Below, piece by piece: positions 8,796-17,373 of a stretch of 43,888 nt of DNA. This DNA is from a virus (Duplodnaviria > Caudoviricetes): the IMG/VR virus record IMGVR_UViG_3300049917_000046, positions 1 through 43,888 of that record; one strand, written 5' to 3'. A model generated the notes under the pieces. The model saw only the letters and a list, made by a program, of their open reading frames with translations, searched no databases and was not told the DNA's origin. A program made the translations under genes and the position numbers. Every line of letters begins with the position of its first letter. Position 1 is the first letter of the stretch.

Positions 8796-11078
8796 ATGAT
8801 GCCGCTCGACGAGTACATCGCACGCCTGCGCAGCTTCGACCTAGAAACGCACTTGACGCAAGACGGACTCGGCGCACCGCCGATCGTCTGCGGGTCGAGC
8901 GCTCGATTCAGTATCGACGACGCCGGCAATGATCGCACGGAAGGCAACATCTATGATCGGCGCAATGCGTTGCTTCTGTTTCGGCAGTATGCCGCCAGCG
9001 ACGTGATCATCGCGGGCGCCAATATCGCGTATGACTTCGGATGCATAGCCGCAGCGTTTCCCGAGCTGATCGACGAGATTTACAAGCTGTTCGACGAGTG
9101 CCGGGTCTACGACGTGCAGATCGCGCAGGCACTCGACGCCATTGCGGGCGGGCACCTTGGGATCGACCCGCGCGACGGCATCAAGATCCGGAACGACAAG
9201 GGCAAGCAGACCGGGCGCTACAGCCTGCACTTCTGCACTGACTACATGCTCGGACGCAGCGACGCCAAGAACAATGATTTTTGGCGACTGCGCTACGCGA
9301 TACTCGAAGACGTGCCGATCGAGCTGTGGCCGCGTGAAGCGCGACAGTACCCGATCGACGACGCGGTGAACACGATCGGCGTCGCGGTCGCGCAGCTCCG
9401 CCGCCCGCTTCGGAATCTTGAGAACCTGCCGGCGCAAGTAGAAGCCGCGTTCGCGCTGCACTTGGGATCGCTGTGGGGTCTTCGGACTGACCCCGAGCGC
9501 GTCGCCAAGCTCGAAGCGATCGTAGAGGTCGCTCACGCCAAGACACTGAAGCGCTTCCAAACGCTCGGATTCATCCGGCCCGACGGCACCGAAGACGGGT
9601 GCTTGGTCAAACGTGCCGTCGCGACCGCGTACGGTGCAAGCGGCACCTGTCCGAAGTGCAGCGGTGCTGGCCGGGTCGCGAACGGCAAGACGTACCCCGG
9701 CGCACCTAAGCGCAAGAAGGGGGAAGTGTTAGATGATGAGTACCTTTCCCGCTGTCGTGAACATAAGCGCAAGTGGCTCGAAGCGAATGCGATCATATGC
9801 AAGGGCAGCGATGGGGGGTGTGACGGCACCGGCTACGACCTCGACGCGTCGCCGAGCGTGCCGCGTACCGACAAGGGCGGCGTGTCGACGTCGCGTGATA
9901 CGAAGGTCGAGAGCGGTGACGAAGACCTCGCTGCCTACGGCGAAGACGAAACGGAGAAGTTGCGCGACACCTACTTGCCATTTGTCCGCGAGGGGGTCGA
10001 CAAGCCGATCAACGCGCGCCCGAACGTACTGCTGAATACCGGCCGGTGTTCGTACGAGTCGCTCGTGCAGCTCCTACCCAGGCACGGCGGGGTGCGCGAG
10101 TGCTTCATCGCGCGACCGGGCTGCGTCTTCTGCTCGGCCGACTTCGGCGCGATCCAGTTGTGCACGCTCGCGCAAGTGTGCTTGTGGGTGGCAGGCTATT
10201 CTAGGATGGCCGAGACGATCAACGAGACGGGCGATCCCGGTTTGCTACACACCACTTTCGCCGCGCAGCTCGTCGGCAAGCCAGTCGCCGAAGTGATCAA
10301 GTTGGTCAAGGCGAAGGACCCCGACGCCAAGGGATGGCGGCAAGCGGCGAAGGCTGGTAATTTTGGATTCCCCGGCGGCATGGGTGCGGCGAAGCTCGTG
10401 CTATCGAAGCGACAGCGTAGCGAGGGCAAGACGGTCGGGCCGGACGGTCGAGTGTATTCCGGTATTCGCTTCTGCATCCTGCTCGGCGGTGCGAGCGCTT
10501 GCGGGGTCGAAAAGGTCATCGAATGGAAAGACCGACCGACGCCGCCCATCTGCAAGCGATGCGTAGAGATCGTCGAGTACGACTTGCGCCCAGCGTGGTT
10601 CTCGCTGTGGCCCGAGATCAAGCCGTACTTCGCTTGGGTGTCGATGAACGTCGAGAGCACGGGCGAGCTGCCGTGCTTCGGCTACGACCCGAACACCGGC
10701 AAGGTGCGGGTGCTGCGCGTGCGGGGTGGGCTGGATTTTTGCAGCGGTGCCAACAACGGGTTCCAAGCGCTCGAATCGGACATCATGAAGGATGGTCTGT
10801 GCGAGGTCACGCGCGAGTGCTATACGGATCGATCGTCGGTCCTATACGGTACTCGCCCGCTTCTGCTCAATCACGACGACGTCTTCGCCGAGATGCCCGC
10901 ACAGGTAGCGCACGTCGCCGCCTATCGCATGGCTGACATCTTGAAACAAGCTTCGAAGCGGCACGCGCCCGACGTAGCATTCTCCATTGAACCCGCGCTC
11001 ATGTACCACATGAGCAAAGACGCCGAGCCGTGCTATGATGCGACAGGAAAGTTGATCCCCTGGGTAGAGGCTACCTGA
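8796..11078 (+). CDS. polA: Family A DNA polymerase with 3'-5' exonuclease domain
   Basis: ExoI FDLET, ExoII NIAYD, ExoIII YPIDD; TGRCS; motif A SADFGAIQL, motif B RQAAKAGNFG, motif C NHDDV. Confidence 0.92.
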   Translation: MMPLDEYIARLRSFDLETHLTQDGLGAPPIVCGSSARFSIDDAGNDRTEGNIYDRRNALLLFRQYAASDVIIAGANIAYDFGCIAAAFPELIDEIYKLFDECRVYDVQIAQALDAIAGGHLGIDPRDGIKIRNDKGKQTGRYSLHFCTDYMLGRSDAKNNDFWRLRYAILEDVPIELWPREARQYPIDDAVNTIGVAVAQLRRPLRNLENLPAQVEAAFALHLGSLWGLRTDPERVAKLEAIVEVAHAKTLKRFQTLGFIRPDGTEDGCLVKRAVATAYGASGTCPKCSGAGRVANGKTYPGAPKRKKGEVLDDEYLSRCREHKRKWLEANAIICKGSDGGCDGTGYDLDASPSVPRTDKGGVSTSRDTKVESGDEDLAAYGEDETEKLRDTYLPFVREGVDKPINARPNVLLNTGRCSYESLVQLLPRHGGVRECFIARPGCVFCSADFGAIQLCTLAQVCLWVAGYSRMAETINETGDPGLLHTTFAAQLVGKPVAEVIKLVKAKDPDAKGWRQAAKAGNFGFPGGMGAAKLVLSKRQRSEGKTVGPDGRVYSGIRFCILLGGASACGVEKVIEWKDRPTPPICKRCVEIVEYDLRPAWFSLWPEIKPYFAWVSMNVESTGELPCFGYDPNTGKVRVLRVRGGLDFCSGANNGFQALESDIMKDGLCEVTRECYTDRSSVLYGTRPLLLNHDDVFAEMPAQVAHVAAYRMADILKQASKRHAPDVAFSIEPALMYHMSKDAEPCYDATGKLIPWVEAT

Positions 11079-11470
11079 TGATAAAAATCATCTATATCGC
11101 CGGCCCGTATCGCGGCGCAGACATGTGGATCGTCAACTGCAACATCCATAAAGCAGAGACTGCCGCGCGCATGATTGCAGGTCTGGGTGCGATGCCGCTT
11201 TCTCCGCATAGCTTGACCGCGCGCATGTCCGGCGTCGAAGCTGAAAAATTTTGGATCAGCGGCACGCTTGAACTTATGCGCCGCTGCGATGCCGTCTTCG
11301 TGCTTAGTGGGTGGAGAGCATCGGAAGGGACCAAAGGCGAGATCGCTGAAGCCGAGCGCGTCGGCCTACCTATGTTCTGGCAAGACACTGCGGCTGATCT
11401 CGACAGACTTCGACTTTGGATATCATGGGCGCCGACCGACCATCGGCATGTACCGGGTATGGTGAAGTAA
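11078..11470 (+). CDS. DUF4406/DUF1937-like protein (nucleoside 2-deoxyribosyltransferase-like fold)
   Basis: IYIAGPY, CDAVFVLSGWRASEGTKGEIAEA pattern. Confidence 0.8.
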   Translation: MIKIIYIAGPYRGADMWIVNCNIHKAETAARMIAGLGAMPLSPHSLTARMSGVEAEKFWISGTLELMRRCDAVFVLSGWRASEGTKGEIAEAERVGLPMFWQDTAADLDRLRLWISWAPTDHRHVPGMVK

Positions 11471-11472
11471 GA

Positions 11473-12135
11473 ATGCTAACCATCCCCCAAATAAAAGCAG
11501 CCGGCGGCTACGGTGCGATCTATGTCGATCCGGCGTGGCGCTATCGCGACAGCAGTTGCCGAGGCGCTGCCGAACAGCACTACACCAAAGATCAGAACAC
11601 CGGCCGGTCGACCATGAGCGATGCCGAACTGTGCGCGCTGCCAGTCGGCGAGATCGCGGCGCGCGACTGCGCGTTGTTCTTGTGCGGCACCTGGCCAAAG
11701 GACCGGGAAAAATACCTACTGCTCGACGCGTGGGGCTTCGAGTATAAGACGCTCGCCTTCATCTGGCACAAGTACCGCTCGAACTCGTGTCGACCCTTCT
11801 ATGGTAATGGCAGGTGGACGCGCGCGAACAGTGAGCCCGTTTGGCTGGCCACGCGCGGCAAGCCGAAGCGCGTTGACAAGGGAGTCGATCAGCTCATCGA
11901 GACGATCGAATTTGATGATGATCGGCTGCTGCAAGCGCCGGTTATGGATCACTCGAAGAAGCCCGAAGAGATCGCGCTGCGGATCAAGAAGCTGGTAGGC
12001 GATCATATTCCGGCGATCGAGCTGTTCGCGCGAGAGCGCGTCGAGGGGTTTGACGCGTGGGGGAACGACCCCAAGATCGGCAGACCGGACGTGCTCTTGA
12101 CGAACGCTGATCTGAATAGGTGGATGTTCGCATGA
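11473..12135 (+). CDS. MT-A70 family adenine methyltransferase
   Basis: IYVDPAW (DPPW-like), AWGFEYKT, WTRANSE, HSKKPE, IELFAR, AWGN; start at ATG 11473. Confidence 0.9.
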   Translation: MLTIPQIKAAGGYGAIYVDPAWRYRDSSCRGAAEQHYTKDQNTGRSTMSDAELCALPVGEIAARDCALFLCGTWPKDREKYLLLDAWGFEYKTLAFIWHKYRSNSCRPFYGNGRWTRANSEPVWLATRGKPKRVDKGVDQLIETIEFDDDRLLQAPVMDHSKKPEEIALRIKKLVGDHIPAIELFARERVEGFDAWGNDPKIGRPDVLLTNADLNRWMFA

Positions 12136-12785
12136 CTGCACAAGCGCTCACACCGACAGGTATTGCAGTCAGCGTAAAAGCTCCGCCCCTGCGAACCGAT
12201 TCCACGCTCGCCGCCCTGCCGAACCGACGCACGCTTCTAGCGCTCGACCCCGGCATACGGCACGCCGGGGTCGCGTTGTTCGTCGATCGCCGCTTGGTCG
12301 CTTCTGAGGTAGTTCGCAATCCCCTGAAAGTAGGCAATGAGGTGCTCGCCTGCGTGAGTATGGCCCGCGAGATCGGGCACTGGCTGCTGAGTCGAGAGCT
12401 ATTGATCGGCGACCTGCTCGCCATTCGCCCCGGCGATCCGCGAACTACTGAAGAGTTAGTCGACGAGCTGATCGCGGAGTGGCCGCAGGTCTATGCAGTC
12501 GGCAAGGGCAGGGGCGACCCGAATGACTTGCCGCCGCTAGCTGGTGTTGGCTGCGCGCTCGCAGCGCTGCTACCGAATGCGACGCTAAATTCAACGCTGC
12601 CGGCAGCGTGGAAGGGGCAGGTGCCGGGGGATGCATTCCTCTCTAGGATACTCGACCGGCTCGACACAACCGAGCGCGCGTGCGTAGATGTCAGCAAGTC
12701 GACGGCGCACAACGCGATCGACGCCATCGGCCTAGGTTTGTTCCACCTGGGACGAATGGATCGCCGTCGCGTAATTCCTAGATGA
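12132..12785 (+). CDS. RuvC-like Holliday junction resolvase
   Basis: LLALDPG, IAEWPQ, PAAWKG and HNAIDAIGLG RNase H-fold motifs; ATGA overlap with the methyltransferase. Confidence 0.78.
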   Translation: MTAQALTPTGIAVSVKAPPLRTDSTLAALPNRRTLLALDPGIRHAGVALFVDRRLVASEVVRNPLKVGNEVLACVSMAREIGHWLLSRELLIGDLLAIRPGDPRTTEELVDELIAEWPQVYAVGKGRGDPNDLPPLAGVGCALAALLPNATLNSTLPAAWKGQVPGDAFLSRILDRLDTTERACVDVSKSTAHNAIDAIGLGLFHLGRMDRRRVIPR

Positions 12786-12787
12786 GC

Positions 12788-12815
12788 TTGCACGCGTTCG
12801 TTTAACTGTTAAGAT
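12788..12815 (+). promoter_or_regulatory. Putative promoter TTGCAC-16-TAAGAT overlapped by operator TTAACTGTTAA (12802-12812)
   Basis: The -10 box ends 6 nt before ATG 12822 and no SD is present. Confidence 0.6.
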
Positions 12816-12821
12816 ATTCCC

Positions 12822-13127
12822 ATGTTGAGCAGTCAAGACAAGGCGAGGGAACTTGCCAAGGTTCTGAAAGTCATCGCCGTCGAGCCGTGCACGGCGAGGC
12901 AGATCGCGAAGAAGTGCGGGTCGACCAAGCCGACGGCATACAGCCGCCTGCAAGCTCTGCGAGATGCCGGATATGTCATCGATGAAGTCATGGTGCGAGA
13001 TGGCAAAACTGGGCCGGAAGCGAAGGCGTACAAGCTGCGCGTCGTGCAGCCGCAGTCGCCCCCCGTGCCTGCGAATCAGGTAGTAGGCACCGCACGTGCG
13101 CGCGCCCGACAGCGTCGCGTTTCATAA
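12822..13127 (+). CDS. Winged helix-turn-helix DNA-binding protein; candidate operator-binding regulator
   Basis: TARQIAKKCGSTKPTAYSRLQALRDAGYV followed by a beta wing ending AKAYKL. Confidence 0.8.
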   Translation: MLSSQDKARELAKVLKVIAVEPCTARQIAKKCGSTKPTAYSRLQALRDAGYVIDEVMVRDGKTGPEAKAYKLRVVQPQSPPVPANQVVGTARARARQRRVS

Positions 13128-13130
13128 AAA

Positions 13131-13155
13131 GATGTCGATTGTGCTTGACTGTTAA
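13131..13155 (+). promoter_or_regulatory. Operator/-35 element GATGTCGATTGTGCTTGACTGTTAA
   Basis: Nearly identical to the reverse complement of 37424-37449. Confidence 0.7.
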
Positions 13156-13216
13156 ACAATCATCAGGTTAGTAGTAGCGGTGTCCCTGAACACCACAAAC
13201 TTGATGGAGCAAGCAC

Positions 13217-13708
13217 ATGATGGCCCAAAGTCTAATCCTATCCCTGATCCTGATCGCCTCTTGCGGACCGTTGGCAGCCGAGCCCTATGACCGCGCCGAC
13301 TTGCCGGCACATACGCCGACTCCCGTTATGACGACGTATTTCGTCAACGTGATCTATGGGATGATGGTGTCTTCGCCGACAGGTATGCAGGTGTGCGACG
13401 CAGACACGTGCTACTTGGAGTTCATCAGTGAAACGGTCCCATGTAATACCAGGATCGGAGCGTCGATCACTGTGAACAACAAGTTGGTATATGTGTCGGA
13501 TGTGCCGTTTACGATGGGCACGCTAACGAACAATCGGCAGCCGGGGCAGGTGTTCTTGTGCAAGCACTACGTGCAGAACGTGCGCGTGTTCTATCTGACG
13601 CTCGAACGCGGGGCAGCCTACAGCGTGGTGAAATTCACCGATGAGGTCCCGTCGTGCTGGATGCCGAAGCCGGGGGATCCTGTAGATGAGCCGCTGCTAC
13701 ACTGCTAA
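13217..13708 (+). CDS. Predicted lipoprotein, convergent with the tail fibre gene
   Basis: MMAQSLILSLILIASC lipobox-like signal; GGAG SD; stop codon overlaps the tail fibre stop. Confidence 0.7.
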   Translation: MMAQSLILSLILIASCGPLAAEPYDRADLPAHTPTPVMTTYFVNVIYGMMVSSPTGMQVCDADTCYLEFISETVPCNTRIGASITVNNKLVYVSDVPFTMGTLTNNRQPGQVFLCKHYVQNVRVFYLTLERGAAYSVVKFTDEVPSCWMPKPGDPVDEPLLHC

Positions 13709-15147
13709 TCGCCCACGATACCGAATCGGAACGCGGTATTGATGGGGGCCGGAGTGGCCTCGATAGTCCGGAAGTTAATCGTGATCGTCAGCTTGCTGCT
13801 TACCGTCGTCGTCGCTACCTTGAAAGATACATCGGACGTCTCTGGAGTCACCCATACCGATACGTTATCATCGTCGATCAGAGACGTGTTCATAGTGATC
13901 ACGTACTGACCTGTCGCGGGACGTGCCACGCCGTTCACGTTCCTACTCCGGTTCGTGCTCGTGCCAGCGACGGGGACACTGCCCCACCCATATATGACCG
14001 AGTCGCGCCCGGCTAGAAACTTTGATACATCGGTATTCGGTGAAGCTCCGCTATCAGAAGCGCCCAAGCTGATGTGACTGTCGGTGCTGATATCTCCGAC
14101 AGCCTCGATTGCGTTCCCTGTATCCTTGAAAGCCTTTACGCCTGGCCCAGTCCCCGTCCCTATACCTTGCACCCCCGTGCCGTTAGTCGGTCCGCCTACA
14201 CCGCTTACACCGCTGCCGTTGCCGCCGCCAGTGCCTACACATCCATGCCCACCATTTGAACCACCAACGCCGCGTAACCCCTCCCCGTTGTCTGTACCCT
14301 CGCCGAAGACGCCATGCCCGTCAGTTATCCCGCCAGTCCCACCAGTCCCGCCGATCCCGTGCACCCCGTGCCCGCCAGTCGTGCCGCCGATCCCCTTGAT
14401 GCCCGCGCCGGCCGCTACGCCCTCGCCCTGCACGCCGGCCCCATCAGTCGGCCCACCTACACCCTTGACGCCTGCTGCGCCGAGCGTCCCTTCACCGAGT
14501 ACGCCAAACGCACCCACCCCGATCGCGCCCGGACCGCCGACCCCATGCACGCCCACGCCCAGACTGACACCCGTACCAAGTACGCCGACCCCGCTGCCCG
14601 CGCCGCCGATGCCCTGTACACCCGGCCCGTCACTACTCCCCCCGGTGCCCTTGACCCCGGCGGCGGCGGCGTTGCCGACTCCCTCGACACCGGCTGCGGA
14701 CGTGCCGCCCGTGCCGCGCACGCCTGGCCCGGCAGCACTCACCCCTACGACGCCGGCCCCAGTGCCCGTGCCGCTCCCCTGCACGCCGGCACCATTCGGT
14801 GCACCGCCGATCCCCTCGACGCCTGCGGCAGACGTCGCGCCGCCTGTGCCGCGAACGCCGGCCCCGGTGCCGTTGCCGGTCGCGTCGACCGCGCGCGAGT
14901 CTGCGGTGCTCTGCGTCACGACGACGCCGAGCGTGAAAGTTTGCAGAGCTGCCCATATATGCGCCGTGATCTCAAAGTCATTGAGCCAGATGATCCACGT
15001 GTAGATCGTGTAGAGCATCCAGTTTTCATACTGAGCCGGCGGCTTCTCGGCCGGTGCCCACCCTACATCCTTTTTTGCATTCGCCGGTTCTACGCGGTTA
15101 GCCGGTACAGTGTCCGCCCATCGGGGTACGTCAGTAGGCTTTGCCAT
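13705..15147 (-). CDS. Tail fibre / receptor-binding protein with long GVxGxG glycine-rich repeat region
   Basis: N-terminal KKDVGW...KPPAQYENW baseplate-anchor motif; last gene of the baseplate operon; beta-rich C-terminal domain. Confidence 0.8.
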   Translation of the reverse strand: MAKPTDVPRWADTVPANRVEPANAKKDVGWAPAEKPPAQYENWMLYTIYTWIIWLNDFEITAHIWAALQTFTLGVVVTQSTADSRAVDATGNGTGAGVRGTGGATSAAGVEGIGGAPNGAGVQGSGTGTGAGVVGVSAAGPGVRGTGGTSAAGVEGVGNAAAAGVKGTGGSSDGPGVQGIGGAGSGVGVLGTGVSLGVGVHGVGGPGAIGVGAFGVLGEGTLGAAGVKGVGGPTDGAGVQGEGVAAGAGIKGIGGTTGGHGVHGIGGTGGTGGITDGHGVFGEGTDNGEGLRGVGGSNGGHGCVGTGGGNGSGVSGVGGPTNGTGVQGIGTGTGPGVKAFKDTGNAIEAVGDISTDSHISLGASDSGASPNTDVSKFLAGRDSVIYGWGSVPVAGTSTNRSRNVNGVARPATGQYVITMNTSLIDDDNVSVWVTPETSDVSFKVATTTVSSKLTITINFRTIEATPAPINTAFRFGIVGD

Positions 15148-15153
15148 GGCTCG

Positions 15154-15969
15154 CTATATCTCCACATCAACGGCACTGACGAATGCGCCGCCGGTCGCGG
15201 GGTTAGTGTCATCCCCCCAACCCTTGCCGGGACTGGGGTCTAGGGATGCGGCGGTGCGCACCTCGTGATTGTTCACGAGCGCCGAGATCGTGAAGCTGGT
15301 AGGCGTCGTCGCGGTGTAAGTCACGACTTCGCGCACGGGAGTGCCGTCATCTACGATCAAGGTGCCGGTCGCGGGGAAATTCACCGTAGAGTCTACGGTC
15401 AACACGGTGTCACCCGACGACGCAGCGACTGTCAAGAACGCGGAGATCGCGAAGGTGAACGCCTCATCATCTGGGATCGGCTGCGACCCGAAGTGCGCAC
15501 CGACGCCGCCCGCCTTCGAGTCGTATAGGAACCTGGCGAAGATAGGCACCTGCGCGGTAGGGATCAAGATCCCGGTGATGGTAAGGACGAAGCGGGCCGG
15601 GTAGGAGTCGAACCACGTGAACACAGCCGACCCGGCCATCGGTCCGAGCAGCGCGCGAAATACTCTGTAGATGTCTTCCGTAGTCCCATTCGACAGGTTG
15701 GCGCGGATGCGTGCTCGGATGCGTAGTCGGTAATCGTCGTCATTCGAGCCGTCGCGCCGCTCACCGACTATCTTGCCGAGGATGTCTAGCTGGTCGCCGA
15801 TCGAAGTCTCGATCGACCGCTCGCTAAATAGCTGCCAGTAGGCATCCTCGATCGCTTGGTTCTGATCGTTGAACGCGTTGAGCGTCGCTTCGATCTTCGG
15901 CTTGCGCTTTAGCTTCTCGATCAGCCGCGCGAGTGCGCGCTTGGCGTGGTCGGTGATGTGCTCTAGCAT
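15154..15969 (-). CDS. Baseplate wedge protein (DUF2612-like)
   Basis: GDQLDILGKIVG...DDDYRLRIRARI motif; downstream of baseplate J. Confidence 0.82.
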   Translation of the reverse strand: MLEHITDHAKRALARLIEKLKRKPKIEATLNAFNDQNQAIEDAYWQLFSERSIETSIGDQLDILGKIVGERRDGSNDDDYRLRIRARIRANLSNGTTEDIYRVFRALLGPMAGSAVFTWFDSYPARFVLTITGILIPTAQVPIFARFLYDSKAGGVGAHFGSQPIPDDEAFTFAISAFLTVAASSGDTVLTVDSTVNFPATGTLIVDDGTPVREVVTYTATTPTSFTISALVNNHEVRTAASLDPSPGKGWGDDTNPATGGAFVSAVDVEI

Positions 15970-15978
15970 GCCGACCCC

Positions 15979-17373
15979 TTACGGCACTCCGTTCGTGGTG
16001 TTGACCAAGATCCGCGAGGTGTCGAACGTCGCGATCTCGCGCGGGCCTACCGGGATCGTCACCGTGCCCGTGGGACTCGGCGCCAATCCGAGCCGCACTG
16101 CGGTGACGTCGAGCACTCCCTTGACGTGTTCGAGTGGCGAGGACACGCCCCACGCGGTGACGTCTTTGCCGAAGCTATAGGCGGGGAACTGCGCCGAAGC
16201 GATGATCGCCGCCTTGATCTGATCGACGCCGTCGATCGGGAACGCGCCGGCATTCACAATTACGTCGAGTTCGAGCCATATCGCCTTCACAGTAGCTCGA
16301 CTGAACGCCACGGTGTGCGGGTTCCCTGCGGTGTCTACGACGGCCCCGATCGTATTGCCGTAGGCTTGGATGCCGCCGGCCACGCTATCGAATACTGCTT
16401 GCCAGATGTCCGCGTCTTGCCCACCCAGCACGAGCACCTCGACAGCCTTACCCGGCACGCCGTCGACATTCGTGACCAGGCTGGCATTTTGAAATACGGT
16501 GCACGCGATGACGGGCGTGGCTGTCCCCTGCCCCACGCGCAGCACATTCGCGCGGATTGCATTGATGGTCGCATTGGCAGCGGCTTCTAGTTCATTTTCG
16601 CGGCGTAGGCGCAGCGCGGCGTCAGTCTCTACGAAGTCGCCGATCACAGCGTCTAGGATGTTGATCGCCGATTTCCACCCCGCTACCGGCGTCTCGATCT
16701 CCGTCAGTGTTCCGGACACTGCGGCGAACGGGCCAGCTTCTTCGGCTTCGGCGTCTCCGTCTCCGCTGGCTGTACCGTCCCCCAAGTAGCGCCACGTCGC
16801 CCCGCCGTCCGAGATCGATGACCCCGTGCCGGTCGGAGCGGTCGCGCCGGAAGTCCCTGCCGCGATGCACAGGTAGACCCGCTGCGGGGTGTCGCTGACT
16901 CGCCGATCACCGGCTGCGTAGGGGGTGCCCGTCAACCATGCCGCATGTACGACGAGCGTGATGGTAGTAGTCGGCTTGGTATCGAATCGGGTATTGCTGC
17001 CCTGCACGCTGACTACTCGGCCCGGCAAGAGCACTGTGCCGGGATCGCCGGTCGCAGTCAGCACGACTTGAGACTTGCGCTCACCGAGTCGGACCGTCCC
17101 CGTGATGGCGCACACCGCATCTTGCGCCGCGCCGCTCGCCTTGTCCGGGTCGGTCGCACCGTACACCGCTTCGCCGAGTTCCCATAGAAGGGACTCGCGC
17201 TCTGACAGGATTCCTATGAGCTGCCCCATCGCGGACTGAGCCGGGATCGAACCGTCCGGCTCGGATCCGATCGAGTCGCCGAACGCCGTTTTGAACGCAG
17301 CTTCAAGCTCTTGCTTGATGACGGTCAGCGGCTTCGCGACATAGCCGGCCGGCGTGAGCCCATAAACAGCCAT
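15979..17373 (-). CDS. Baseplate J/gp47-like wedge protein
   Basis: YGLTPAGY N-terminus, ASGAAQD, ETDAALRLRR and AGGIQAYG motifs. Confidence 0.88.
   Translation of the reverse strand: MAVYGLTPAGYVAKPLTVIKQELEAAFKTAFGDSIGSEPDGSIPAQSAMGQLIGILSERESLLWELGEAVYGATDPDKASGAAQDAVCAITGTVRLGERKSQVVLTATGDPGTVLLPGRVVSVQGSNTRFDTKPTTTITLVVHAAWLTGTPYAAGDRRVSDTPQRVYLCIAAGTSGATAPTGTGSSISDGGATWRYLGDGTASGDGDAEAEEAGPFAAVSGTLTEIETPVAGWKSAINILDAVIGDFVETDAALRLRRENELEAAANATINAIRANVLRVGQGTATPVIACTVFQNASLVTNVDGVPGKAVEVLVLGGQDADIWQAVFDSVAGGIQAYGNTIGAVVDTAGNPHTVAFSRATVKAIWLELDVIVNAGAFPIDGVDQIKAAIIASAQFPAYSFGKDVTAWGVSSPLEHVKGVLDVTAVRLGLAPSPTGTVTIPVGPREIATFDTSRILVNTTNGVP

Noticed and set aside
8796-11078. Z-genome (2-aminoadenine) system
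   Set aside because: No PurZ-like synthetase or DatZ/MazZ-like gene was recognised.
12132-12785. RuvC-fold protein as a TnpB/Cas12-like RNA-guided nuclease partnering the ncRNA
   Set aside because: Only ~217 aa with no zinc ribbon or REC/WED region; it fits a plain resolvase.
14084-15004. 306-aa Pro-rich ORF on the + strand
   Set aside because: Antisense shadow of the Gly-rich fibre repeats (GGN codons read as NCC/CCN).
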